Of a stretch of 64,000 nt of DNA, positions 12,691 through 24,989 are shown in pieces. The notes beneath the pieces were generated by a model, which ran no database searches, was not told where the DNA came from, and saw nothing but the letters and a program-made list of their open reading frames with translations. Position numbers and translations under genes: made by a program. The number at the start of each line of letters is the position of its first letter. Position 1 is the stretch's first letter. Location: NCBI RefSeq assembly GCF_006345805.1, contig NC_043011.1, forward strand, positions 30,144,464 through 30,208,463, in the 5' to 3' direction. The DNA comes from Octopus sinensis. Lineage: Eukaryota.

Positions 12691-12898
12691 TTACAGAGAT
12701 GTACTTGCATAGCAAGTGATTTGATCTGAGATCGTGTGCTGGGAAAACGAAAACAATGCAGCGTGGAAGGTGTTTGTAAGCCATTTAAGAAACACGCAAA
12801 AGCCGTTCGATTCACTTCAACACTTAAGTTTAATTTGTCAAAATATTTTCGTCACTATAAGACTGTAACCTGTTCACTGACAAAAATCCGTGCTGCAT
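12691..12898 (-). mobile_element. (TA)n-embedded HHR-bearing element
   Basis: Unique CpG-containing island between (TA)n and (TC)/(TA)n that contains the variant HHR at 12834-12884. Confidence 0.65.
12834..12884 (-). ncRNA. Minimal type I hammerhead, G3-C8 core variant
   Basis: Minus strand: UUUGUCA GUGAACA G GUUAC agucuuaua GUGAC GAAA AUAU UU UGACAAA. 7-bp stem I, 5-bp stem II, palindromic stem III. Confidence 0.65.
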
Positions 12899-13250
<352 letters not shown>

Positions 13251-13500
13251 CATCGCAGACACTCACACACATTGTATATATATATGGCTGTGGTGGTAAG
13301 AATTGTTTCACAGAGAACAAGAAAGATATGAAGAGAATCATGAATATAAGAAGGTAACAAGATAAATGCTTTCACTGTGTAGGAACCATCCAGAAATGAA
13401 AAATTAATGGAACCCTGTTGCTTTACTTTGATCGCAATATATTTTATCTCTCTCCAGTTTTAGAAATCAACCTCACCTTGAGTTTAATGTAGAATTGCAG

Positions 13501-13537
<37 letters not shown>

Positions 13538-14767
13538 TACCACCACCACCACCACCACCACCACTAATATCATCATCATCATCATCATTCAGTGCCTACA
13601 TGGCATGGGTTGGACAATTTGATTGAGACTGCTAAGCCAGAGAGCTGTACCAGGTTCCAGTTTGATTTGTCTTGGCTTCTACAGCTTGATGCTCTTCCTG
13701 TCACCAACCACTCCAAGAGTGTAGTGGAAGAATATTCAGGCCAGATATGGCCAGTTTAAGGTGAGCTTACTGCATAATTTTTTTCTTTTTCTCTATTATA
13801 CCCCCCCCCACCGTACTTGTTTTACATTCTTCATTTTCTACTGGCTTCTCTCATACTGTCTTTTTCTCTTGCATTCTTTTTCTCTCTTATCACATCTCTT
13901 TATCAGCTTGTAACTTTCTCCCATCAATGACACACACACACTTTCTGTCTGTTAGTCTGTTTATGATACCAGAACCCCATAAAAATATTACGAAGATAAA
14001 GATATTTTCTTTTACTGTTGTCAATTCATAAAATTCAATTCTTTGGTGATTAACTTGGCTAGCAAGTGACATATGTTTTAATTTAGTTGTAGATTTAAAT
14101 AATAAATGATGAAATATAAAATATTAAATGATGTAACATAAAATGTTTATTAAATATCATTTTCCATAATATATGTGGACTGTCTAATGTGTTTTGGAAA
14201 GTGTTTTGGGGAAACTTAATGAGTTAATAAAACAAATGAATAAACACAAAATAAAAGTAAAACAGAAAATAAAATGCACATTTTTTAAAAAATTACACTG
14301 ATTTTTGACAAGCTAATGAAAATAAATTACATAGTCATATTAAGATAAATTATTTATACCGCTAACACCTGCTGTAAAAAACAAGCAAAGATATATTAAA
14401 ATTACAGGTATTATAGAAAATAGCAATTGTACCAGTTGGTAATATAAAATAAACACAAGTTTCTGATTATATATGATTTTTAGTAAAATCACGTATGTGT
14501 ATGATATTTTAACTGTTATGGTGTATATATAACATAAATCAGTCTTTATTGTGAAACATCTTTCTTTTGAATTCAATTGGTCTACTTTGAAGGAGGTTTT
14601 AAAGATCCCCCTTTGGAAGAAATGGTTTAAAATGCATTGAACATTAATTTTTCTATAAGGTAACAAAACAAACACTGGATAAACTATGGAATAAGGAACT
14701 GGTTTCTGGAAACTACTTTTTTTACGTGATCCCAAAGCATTGTCCTTTTTCTTTGTTTATATATATA

Positions 14768-14811
<44 letters not shown>

Positions 14812-14816
<5 letters not shown>

Positions 14817-14941
14817 TTTGTATCATTATTGTAAATATTGCTGTGGAATTTAATGACTTCTGGATAAAACTTTGAATCATTGTTTGACTTTTTGAAGTGA
14901 GAAGTAATATATAAAAATGATTTCTTACTTGCCATGCATAC

Positions 14942-14974
<33 letters not shown>

Positions 14975-15118
14975 ATATATATATATATATTATTTTTGTA
15001 TCATTATTGTAAATATTGCTGTGGAATTTAATGACTTCTGGATAAAACTTTGAATCATTGTTTGACTTTTGAAGTGAGAAGTAATATATAAAAATGATTT
15101 CTTACTTGCCATGCATAC

Positions 15119-15160
<42 letters not shown>
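14812..15160. repeat. Two tandem ~178-bp near-identical units bounded by (TA)n
   Basis: gtatcattattgtaaatattgctgtgg..gccatgcatacatac at 14820 and 14998. Outside the TA tract they differ only in T-run lengths. Confidence 0.85.
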
Positions 15161-15168
<8 letters not shown>

Positions 15169-16099
15169 CAAATTACATTAGTCAAACAACATTTTTTTTT
15201 TTCTGAAAAATATAGATCTGTTTCTCCTCTCAAAAAACTGTTAAAAAGTCAGTTCTGATCTCAAGCGATTTAGGCAAATTTATGTAATGCGAGTTATTTA
15301 GAAAGGAAAGCTCTGATGTATTCTATGAGAGTAGTGAAATCCTATTTAATACTTTGTTGTAATAAAATCCAATAGAAATGTCGATAAATATTAAAAGAAC
15401 TTTTTATATTATTTTCAGTGATGAGATGCAGAAAGAAAATACTGGGACCTTAAAAAGTCAGTAGTTCCAATGAAAACATACAAAACTAAGAGACACAAAG
15501 CTCTATTATACATGAGCAAAATGAGAGAAGTCATGTCTATTCAACAATAGAAGTATAGTACTTGCAGTTTTCATTGGTGATTCAATTCATTAAGAAGTTC
15601 CAAAACACTTTTATATTGTACATAATATAAAGCAAGGATGTAGCAATCCACTGTTGAACATATTATTCATGAGCAAAATAAAGAAATTCAATGATGACGG
15701 CATTCGTATATAGACATCAGGGGATTTGAAATTATTGTAAAAAGGGAAAGATGCTCACATCTACCTGCTTTTCCTCTCCATTTCTCTTTTCTTTATTCTC
15801 CCTCACTGTCTTTTACTCTCATTCACCCACAATATCTCTTTTTGTCACCCAACAAAGCACACTCTCCCAAGTAAAGGAGCAAGACATAATGAAAGAAAAG
15901 AACATGCCAGACATCCACTTAATTAGTTAGTAACAATGGAAAGAAAATGACAAGACTGCAAGATCAAACAAAATAAGCCAATTACAGATAAGGTATCTTT
16001 CATCTCTCACGGCTGATACACTTCATTATTAAATATGGAACTCTTTAATTTTATAAGTAGCACGAGGATAAAGAATGCAATAGTCTGAATATCTTTGTC

Positions 16100-16330
16100 A
16101 CACCTGAAGGTTTTCGGTTGTACCACCGACTCATTTGCATTGCCATGCTAACTTCCCACTGAAAGGGTACTCTGTGTCAGTGTTAATACTCATGTTTGTC
16201 AGCTGAGTGAAGTGGAGCAATATGACATAAAGTGTCATGTCAAAGGACACAATATACTTCCCAGACCAGGGATCTAACTCACAACCTTATGAATGACAGC
16301 CCAGTTGCCTAAACACTAAGCCAGATGTCT
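16100..16330 (-). mobile_element. Degenerate SINE family 4
   Basis: The minus strand reads tggcttagtgtttagg..gtgtcctttgacatgacacttta, like 37570-37890. Confidence 0.55.
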
Positions 16331-16436
16331 TATCATTATATGTATTGCATCTTACAATTACATATCATTATATATATATATATATATTTCGGTATCGTGT
16401 TGGCATTTAGTACAGCAAATTACATTTTATATGGGA

Positions 16437-16502
16437 CCATGCTGATGATGGCTGCACTTTTCCTTGCGGAAAATAACAGCCGAAACTGAATTTAGTACAT
16501 GG
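16437..16502 (+). ncRNA. Type I hammerhead ribozyme (canonical core)
   Basis: Stem I CCAUG/CAUGG; CUGAUGA (16442-16448); stem II GGCUG/CAGCC with inner UUUUCC/GGAAAA; GAAA (16482-16485); self-complementary stem III ACUGAAUUUAGU; GUA (16495-16497). Confidence 0.88.
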
Positions 16503-16943
16503 GTAAATATTTATTTCGTATATTTTTCACTTGTTTATTGTTTTGGTTTTGTGTTGAGTTGATCTGAGAACATAGACTTTTTGTGGAGAATGGCGATTTG
16601 ACGTCTATATCTAGCATGTTGACTGTCCACTTTTTCGTGTTCAGTCCTTAATTGGTATATATAAATATTTTAATCTTCGGATTCTTTCTTTAATATGCTA
16701 GACCACTGGTTCTAATTGATAAATATCAATTTTTACCCTAAATTTAATGTATATAAATATTTGTTCTCTAACCGATAAATTAACTGCTGCAACTATAGCT
16801 GCAGGCTAGTTTTCTGGGGTCTCATCGCGCCAAAATTAGAGACATTTGAAATATATATTTCAAATGTAATAGGCCGTACTCCATGCACGCGATATTTCGG
16901 TATCGTGTTGGCATTTATACAGCAAATTACATTTTATATGGGA

Positions 16944-17010
16944 CCATGCTGATTGATGGCTGCACTTTTCCTTGCGGAAAATAACAGCCGAAACTGAATT
17001 TAGTACATGG
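16944..17010 (+). ncRNA. Second hammerhead copy with a 1-nt core insertion (CUGAUUGA)
   Basis: Identical to 16437-16502 except for an extra T in the core; GUA at 17003-17005. Confidence 0.75.
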
Positions 17011-17284
17011 GTAAAATTTATTTCGTATATTTTTCACTTGTTTATTGTTTTGGTGTTGTGTTGAGTTTGATCTGAGAACATAGACTTTTTGTGGAGAATG
17101 GCGATTTGACGTCTATATCTAGCATGTTGACTGTCCACTTTTTCGTGTTCAGTCCTTAATTGGTATATATATATATATATAAAATGATATGTAATTGTAA
17201 AATCTAAGGATCTAAGTGTAGGAAGTTAGTAAGCTTCGAGTGGTCCATGGTAGGTATAAAAAACTACTTTCAAGAACAATAATA

Positions 17285-17469
17285 GGCGTAGGAGTGGCTG
17301 TGTGGTAAGTAGCTTGCTTACCAACCTCATTATTTCGGGTTCAGTCCCACTGCATGGCTCCTTGGGTAAGTGACTTCTACTATAGTCTTGGGCCAACCAA
17401 AGTCTTATGAGTGGATTTGGTAGATGAAAACTGAAAAAGGCCTGTCGTATATATGTGTATATATATATT

Positions 17470-17501
<32 letters not shown>

Positions 17502-17588
17502 GATATATATGATAAAACGGTAAGATAACAAAGAAAGAAAAGAAGAAAGAGACCTCATATTATGTAAATAGAGGAAATTTATCTATAT

Positions 17589-17640
<52 letters not shown>

Positions 17641-17715
17641 GTGTGTGTCTGTGTTTGTCCCCCCCCCACTCAACATTGCTTGACAACCGTTGGTGGTGTG
17701 TTTACATCCCCGTAA
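17285..17715 (+). mobile_element. SINE family 1 interrupted within its internal microsatellite
   Basis: Head at 17285-17450, a unique insert at 17510-17585 inside (TA)n, and the body resuming at 17640. Confidence 0.8.
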
Positions 17716-17742
17716 ATATATATAATATATATATATATATAT

Positions 17743-17928
17743 AGGGAGAATTCACAAAAAAACAAAAGACGAAGACAGGTGGTGTAGACAACAAGCAAAT
17801 GTATTAGCTTAACGCTTGGGAAGTGAAAAAGTCTTTAATATTTCGAGCCTATGCACTTTCACAGAAAGGAATGTTGAAAGAAACAAGGAGAGAAAATAAA
17901 GAATGTGTTGTAGCTAGCGATCTATCAT
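17743..17928 (-). mobile_element. (TA)n-embedded element, same family as 24680-24860, with decayed minimal HHR (17833-17868)
   Basis: Minus strand: CUUU CUGUGAA A GUGC AUAG GCUC GAAA UA UU AAAG. Confidence 0.7.
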
Positions 17929-18589
17929 ATATATATGCATATAGGTTTGTATATCTGTATGAGCATGCTTAAGTGTTTATGCATGCAGTGAATAATTTAC
18001 TGTAGCCAGATACATGTAGGTTTGTATTTGTGTGTGCATATGTATGTGTACCTACATGCTGAAGGCTTTCTGTTTACAACTTAGCTTTTGTTTTCTGTCA
18101 TCCACTAAGAGAGAAACTTCAATTCATTAGGAATTTCTGTATGTTATTCAGTGCACCTCCTCCTAACTAATTATTGTGTTGTCATTGATGTTTTTTCTAA
18201 AACATCTGTTATCTTATTGTATGTTTAGTATGCTCTCAAAATTTATTTTATGCAAAAAAAAAAAAAAAGAAAAATTGACTGGAGTAAAACTATTAAGCAA
18301 TATTTAATTTCAGAGATAACACTCATTTTTTTGTCACTGCTATGCACCACTAGTTCATTATTTCTTTTATTAGATACTTTCATTCTTTAAAACATAACTA
18401 GGACTTTGCCTTTTATTAATTGTCTATAATTAGTTTAAAAGATAAATGAACATTACATAATGCTACAGATTAGAAAATATTGTTTATTTATTGTGCACAT
18501 AAAACTATTACTAACAATTAATAAATAAGGAACTCATTAAGTTCTAATTACGTCTTGACCCTTATACTTCAGAAATCACATGTATCCTT

Positions 18590-18802
18590 TTCTACTCTAG
18601 GCACAAGGCCCGAAATTTTGTGGGGAGGGAGCCAGTCAATTAGATCGTCCCTAGTACACAAGCGGTACTTAATTTATTGACCCCCAAAAGAATGAAAGGC
18701 AAAGTTAACCTAGGCGGAATTTGAACTCAGAACGCAAAGATAGACGAAATACCGGTAAGCATTTTGCCCGGCGTGCTAACATTTCTGCCAGCTTACTACC
18801 TT
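18590..18802 (-). mobile_element. SINE family 2
   Basis: Reverse-complement head and Meta-like domain. Confidence 0.8.
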
Positions 18803-19159
18803 AGAAATCCCATCTATCCACTTAAAATTTTATTATTCTTAACTGCAGCAAGCAGTTCTATATACCAATCTATCTTTTGTTGAAAAATATCAGTTTCAAA
18901 CTTTTTTTTTTCTGTCGAGATATGTCAAGTTTACTCAGGTAACGTGACTTGCTGAAAATACCAATTCTATTTCTTGATAGATATTTAACACCCTTACTGG
19001 AATAAACGTGGAATTTAGTTTTATAGTGACAGGATAAAAGAGTGACAAAGAAATTCTGAAGAATTGAGAAGCAGAACTTAGGTTTTTTTTGATTAATTGA
19101 AAATTGACAAAAAACATTTGTAATTGAACAAAAGAATAAATTCCTTTATCATATATCTT

Positions 19160-19625
19160 TTACCTTTTACTTATTTCAGTCATTAAACTGTGGCCATGCT
19201 GGGGCACCACCTTGAAGAATTTTTAGCTGAATGAATCAACACAAGTTCTTATTTTTTATTAAGCCTGGTACTTATATTATCAGTCTCTTTTGACGAACTG
19301 CTAAATTGTGGGGATGTAAATATACCAACACTGGTTGTGAAATAATAGTGGGAGGTGATAGCAAACAAACACACACAATATATATATACATATAAACTTT
19401 TTTACTCTTTTACTTGTTTCAGTCATTTAACTGTGGCTATGCTGCAGCACTGCCTTTAGTCGAGCAAATCAACCCCAGAACTTATTCTTTGTAAGTCTAG
19501 TACTCATTCTATCGGTCTCTTTTGCCAAACTGTTAAGTTACGGGGACGTAAGCACACCAGCATCAGCTGTCAAATGATGTTGGGGGGACAAACACAGACA
19601 CACAAATACATACACACACACATAC

Positions 19626-19691
<66 letters not shown>

Positions 19692-20455
19692 TTAATAAGG
19701 GTGAGAGAATTAGATACTAATTTAATAGTATATCTATTCAACACCACTCTCTTATATTATTTTATATATATATATATATATCTTTCTCTTTTTTCTCTCT
19801 TTTATTTGTTTCAGTCATTTGACTGCGGCCATGCTGGAGCACCGCTTTTAGTCGAGCAAATCGACCCCGGGACTTATTCGTTGTAAGCCCAGTATTTATT
19901 CTATCGGTCTCTTTTGCCGAACGACTAAGTGACGGGGACATAAACACACCAGCATCGGTTGTCAAGCAATGCTAGGGGAACAAACACAGACACACAAACA
20001 CACACACACACATATATATATATACATATATACGACAGGCTTCTTTCAGTTTCCGTCTACCAAATCCACTCACAAGGCATTGGTCGGCCCAGGGCTATAG
20101 CAGAAGACACTTGCCCAAGGTGCCACGCAGTGGGACTGAACCCGGAACCATGTGGTTGGTTAGCAAGCTACTTACCACACAGCCACTCCTGCGTATATAT
20201 ATATATATATATATACATACATACATATATACGACGGGCTTCTTTCAGTTACCCTCTACCAAATCCACTCACAAGGCTTTGGTCAGCCTGAGGCTGTAGT
20301 AGAAGACACCTGCCCAAGGTGCCACACAGTGGGAATGAACCCGGAACCATGTGGTTGGTAAGCAAGCTACTTACCACACACCCACTCCTATAAATATATA
20401 TATATATATATAGGAGACAAGTTTCTTTCAGTTTCCATCTACCAAGTTCACACAA
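19160..20455 (-). mobile_element. Cluster of about five SINE family 1 copies and fragments (full copy 19795-20192)
   Basis: Repeated ttttacttgtttcagtcatt tails and cttaccacacagccactcct heads separated by (TA)/(CA) tracts. Confidence 0.85.
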
Positions 20456-21264
20456 ATTTCTTTCACATCTTGTCCTATATTCCACTGATAATGTTTGCAA
20501 AAGCTTCTAGATTTTCTATAGAAGTTCCTGTTGAGAAATCAAATCAATGCCTATATAGACATTCAACTAAGAGTGACCACTTCATTTCACCCTGGCAACT
20601 GCATATTCCTTTTAAATGAAATTCACTGTCATTATTATGATTGATATTATTCCTCATCAACATGAAATTTGATGGCATGGTTAAAAAATTTCATGAGTTA
20701 GCATTTATTGATAGTACTCAATGAATAAGTGGAAAGCATTTAATAATGAGAGCTTTAACAATGGAAGTACATAATAATGAATATCTTACAGAATGGAAGT
20801 ATTCAGTTAAAAAACTTTCACTTTTTATAAATTGATTCTTAAGGCCTGACAAAAGAAAAAATTCAAAAACCAAAATAAAACAACATAAAATAAAATACGA
20901 GGTCCATAGAATACAACAGAGACTTTTATATTATATATATAAAAACAACCAGAGGTAAAATGATAGAAAATAATAATCTAGTTTTGACAATGGCTGTAGG
21001 TGGTATTAGTGCGAGAGAGAACTGTCATTTGGTTTTGCTGGACAGCTTGGCAAAGTGATGACATCTGTTTAATTTCTTCTCTTTGAAAATTCAGTTAGGT
21101 TGCATTCTGGAATGTTTAAATAGCTATTTAAAGAACCATGATAGACTAGAATATCTGATGAATAACCATCTATGTGTCATGTTTTAAGTAAATAACTCGT
21201 GAAAGGCAATTTTACTTTGAAATTCATCCTGAGATACCATCTCTTGTTGATGTACTGTGTTTAA

Positions 21265-21484
21265 CCCTTTAGTGTTTAAACTGGCCATATCCGGCCAAAG
21301 TTTTCTACCTATTTTATGTTTAAACTGACCAGATCAGGGCTCTCACACCTAACCTACATTGGCATTCTAAAAATGAACAACCACGTCATTGAAACCTCAA
21401 AGCTATAAGATAATGCATGATTAATTAAAAACAATTTAAGTAAAAAAATATTACATTTAACAGAGTAATCTGAACACTAAAGGG
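21265..21484. mobile_element. piggyBac-type MITE (220 bp)
   Basis: TTAA at 21261-21264 and 21485-21488; TIRs ccctttagtgtt / aacactaaaggg. Confidence 0.85.
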
Positions 21485-21739
21485 TTAAAAATAATATGTA
21501 TATCAGAAACAAGAAATATATTCTACTTTGACCGGTTCTGTCATATATTTGCCCCTCTATTATGCCTTCTCTCCAACCATAAAGTTGCCTACTCAGGGTT
21601 AATAGTTTTGTAAATGGCATGACAGCCTTTAGTGCTCGCAGGAAATGAATATACTGCTGGTTAGCTGGCATTTGGAAAAGCATCCAGCCATAGAAATTAT
21701 GCCCAGGTAAAAGTAGGTAAAGTTACCTTCCTGCCAGCT

Positions 21740-21960
21740 CCTAAAGGTTGGTTTCCCAGTTTTATGACATATAAATTCCCCACCTAGATGGGATGCTAGT
21801 CCATTGCAGGATTACTCCCTTTTGTCAACTGAGGAGACTGGAGCAATGTGAAATGAAATGCTTTGCTCAAGAACATAATGTGTCAACCAGTCCAGGAATT
21901 GAAAGCACAACCTTATGGTCATAAGCCCAACACCCTAACTACTAGGCCGTGTGCCTCTAC
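21740..21960 (-). mobile_element. SINE family 4
   Basis: The minus strand reads ggcctagtagttagggtg..gttcttgagcaaagcatttcatttcacattgctccagtc. Confidence 0.65.
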
Positions 21961-22069
21961 TAAGTATGCCAAGGCAGACATAGGAATAATGATGCAGATG
22001 CTGGGTCCATCAGATCTTGTCAAACAATCCAACATATGCCAGCATGGAAAAGGGATTCATTATGATGTG

Positions 22070-22768
22070 TCATTGATAGAAGTGTGTGTATGTGTGTGTG
22101 TAATTGATAGAAGTGTGTGTGTAATTGATATAAGTGTGGTATGTGTGTGTGTGTAATTGATAGAAGTGAGTGTATGTGAGTGTGTGTAATTGATAGAAGT
22201 GTGTGTGTGTAATTGATAGAAGTGTGTGTATGTGTGTGTGTGTGTGTGTAATTGATAGAAGTGTCTGTATGTATGTGTGTGTGTAATTGATAGAAGTGTG
22301 TGTATGTGTGTGTGTGTGTAATTGATAGATGTGTGTGTGTGTAATTGATAGAAGTGTGTGTATGTGTGTGTGTAATTGATAAAAGTGTGTGTATGTGTGT
22401 GTGTGTGTGTAATTGATAGAAGTGTGTGTATGTGTGTGTGTAATTGATAGAAGTGTGTGTATGTGTGTGTGTGTAATTGATAGAAGTGTGTGTATGTGAG
22501 TGTGTGTAATTGATAGAAGTGTGTGTGGGTAATGATAGAAGTGTGTGATGTGTGTGTGTGTGTGTATTGATAGAAGTGTCTGTATGTATGTGTGTGTGTA
22601 ATTGATAGAAGTGTGTGTATGTGTTGTGTGTGTATTGATAGATGTGGTGTGTGTAATGAAGAAGTGTGTGTGTGGTATGTGGGTTGTAATTGATAAAAGT
22701 GTGTGTATGTGTGTGTGTGGTGTGTAATTGATAGAAGTTGTGTGTATGTGTGTGTATGTGTGTGTGTG
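22070..22768. repeat. Minisatellite: AATTGATAGAA core plus variable (GT)n spacer, over 20 units
   Basis: Read directly; accounts for the three ~270-aa ORFs here. Confidence 0.92.
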
Positions 22769-22969
22769 CATGACAGACAAATAGGCAGACAGATAGACGG
22801 ACGGACAGACAGACAGACAAATGGACAGACAGACAAGGAGTTGTTTGAGACATGTATCAATGCAAACAGCCTTAGGCATTCTGTGACTTTTAATAACACT
22901 TTAAGATACAGTAATACGTATACATTTTCAAGTGCACCTAGCCTTATTATTCACACAAGTGAATAGATT

Positions 22970-22998
22970 GGTAGTTAGGTATATAGATAGACAGAGAT

Positions 22999-23034
<36 letters not shown>

Positions 23035-23265
23035 AGATAGATAAATAGGTAAACAGACAGACAGGCTGATAGAAGGATAGATAGGTAGGTAGGTAGGTAG
23101 ATAGACAGACAGATAGACAGATAGAGAGATAGATCGACAGACAGGCAGACAGACAGAAAGAAAGATAGACATACAGTCAGACAAACAGGTAGACAGACAG
23201 GCAGACAGATAGGTAGGCAGGCAGGCAGGCAGACAGACGGATGGACGGAAAGTCAGACAGATAGA
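22970..23265. repeat. (GA)/(GATA)/(GACA)/(GGCA) compound microsatellite
   Basis: Read directly. Confidence 0.9.
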
Positions 23266-23951
23266 AGGTGCAATATGCCTGAACTTTTACGTTTACTATG
23301 CAAACCCCCAACCACCCTACCACATCTACCCAAGTTCAGCCTTATTTGTGCAGCAACATGGTCCCACTGTGTGACATCTTAGACAAATGTCATTTTCTAT
23401 CAACTCGAGCACATTGCAAGTGACATTAGGTGGACCTTAAACTGTAGAGTACTTTGTCTGATGGACTGTACCAAGTAAGTCAATGGTACCACCTTGCCAC
23501 ACACCAAGCCATACAAAATTTACCCAAGAATTACACTAACAGGGCAAGTTTTCTGTAGAATAGTCAGCCATTTATATGATTATTCAATGGGCAGGTAATT
23601 CATTTGAGATCAAACGAATGAATCCTCATCACAGAATGGAAAACTATGTGCACACACATATGTATATAAATCTGACCATTTTGCTACAGCTGCCAATTGT
23701 AGAACACAACTGTCACTACATAAGCCTGATGACAGCATAATGCATAAAAGAATTAGTTTATTTCAATATTGTAAAATTGTAAAATTATAAAACAATTGCA
23801 AATAATAAAACATGAAAATCAGACTAGGTTAGAATTTCATAGATTAATATATTGTTCTATACACAATCATACAAACTCGAACATATACATATATATACTT
23901 GGAAATGAATGTGTTGCTTTCAATTAAATAATAAATAATACATAATTTATA

Positions 23952-24002
<51 letters not shown>

Positions 24003-24016
24003 GCATATATGTATAC

Positions 24017-24050
<34 letters not shown>

Positions 24051-24078
24051 TTACACACACACATATGTATACATATAT

Positions 24079-24560
24079 ATGCATGGATATATGGTTACAG
24101 GACGTCAGAGAAAGGACTCTTCATCAGTTGTCAGTTGTCTATCTACTCCTGTTTTCGAGCATTCAACGACAATATGAGTCTTCAAAGACTGTTGCTCCCA
24201 TAAATTCTAAAATAGTATTTAGAATTTATGGAAGGTCAAAGGTGGGAACAAAAAAATGACAGTGGGGACATACAAGGAAACCAAGCAAAAGAATATTCAG
24301 AGGGTCGTTAGACCAGAACAAGAGGAAAATAGTGAACTCTGGGAGAAACATTTTTTTTTTAAATAGAAAAGATTGAAGAAAGAGAGAAAAACACATCCAT
24401 TCTTTTAAACGTCTGTGCAGGAAAAGAAAGATGGTCACATTTTCTTGTCCTGTTTTCCATTTTTCTCATTGTTTATGTATTTCACTCATTTTTCCCTCAT
24501 TTGTTTACATATTTCATGTTATTTGTACCGTTGGTGACGTCCTGTATCCATATATGCATG
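24079..24560. mobile_element. Microsatellite-embedded element with inverted ends (family also at 24990-25325 and 56040-56470)
   Basis: Ends atatatggttacaggacgtca / tgacgtcctgtatccatatat. The body gtctttgaagactcatattgtcgttgaatgc..caactgatgaag is shared, in opposite orientation, with 25148-25220. Confidence 0.75.
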
Positions 24561-24566
24561 TATACA

Positions 24567-24623
<57 letters not shown>

Positions 24624-24679
24624 TAGATATATAGATATAGATATATATATATATAGATAGATATATATATGTATGTATC

Positions 24680-24860
24680 AAGAGAATTCACAAACAAACA
24701 AAAGACGAAGACAGGTGGTGTAGACAACAAACAGATGTATTAGTATAATGCTCGGGAAGTGAAAACGTCTTTAACGTTTCGAGCCTACACTCTTCCACAG
24801 AAAGGAACACAGAAAGAAACAAGGAGAGAAAATAAAGAATGTGTAGTGGCTAGCGATCTT
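24680..24860 (-). mobile_element. (TA)n-adjacent HHR-bearing element
   Basis: Highly similar to 17743-17928. Confidence 0.75.
24769..24804 (-). ncRNA. Minimal (36-nt) type I hammerhead-like motif, A6U variant
   Basis: Minus strand: CUUU CUGUGGA A GAGU GUAG GCUC GAAA CG UU AAAG; palindromic AACGUU at stem III. Confidence 0.6.
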
Positions 24861-24989
24861 ATTCAATTGAACGTGATGCATCCATTACTAAGTAAGTTTA
24901 TCTTCACATTTTTGATGTGACTCTCTATTGTATACTGTTTTCTTCCTCCATCCTTCTCTAATTCCCTTTTTCTCCCCTTCCGCCTTTAC

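Larger units (their letters stand above)
16384..17171 (+). mobile_element. Retrozyme-like element: ~280-bp direct repeats, 508-bp period, inserted in (TA)n
   Basis: 16384-16663 is repeated at 16892-17171 with a few single-base differences. Each repeat holds an HHR. No ORF; (TA)n on both flanks. Confidence 0.85.

Noticed and set aside
14340-14735. 131-aa minus-strand ORF
   Set aside because: AT-rich, with no recognisable domain or splice support.
14812-15160. 178-bp tandem duplication as a mobile element
   Set aside because: No HHR or terminal structure. Copies differ only in homopolymer and TA length, consistent with slippage or an assembly artefact.
19959-20291. Recurrent peptides VYQIHSQG..EDTCPRCHAVGLNPEPCG with CxxC
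   Set aside because: Antisense read-through of SINE family 1, repeated at every copy.
22020-22899. Three 270-280-aa overlapping ORFs and a CRISPR-like repeat/spacer look
   Set aside because: Stop-free minisatellite. The spacers are (GT)n rather than unique, the repeat is only 11 bp, the context is eukaryotic and there are no cas genes.
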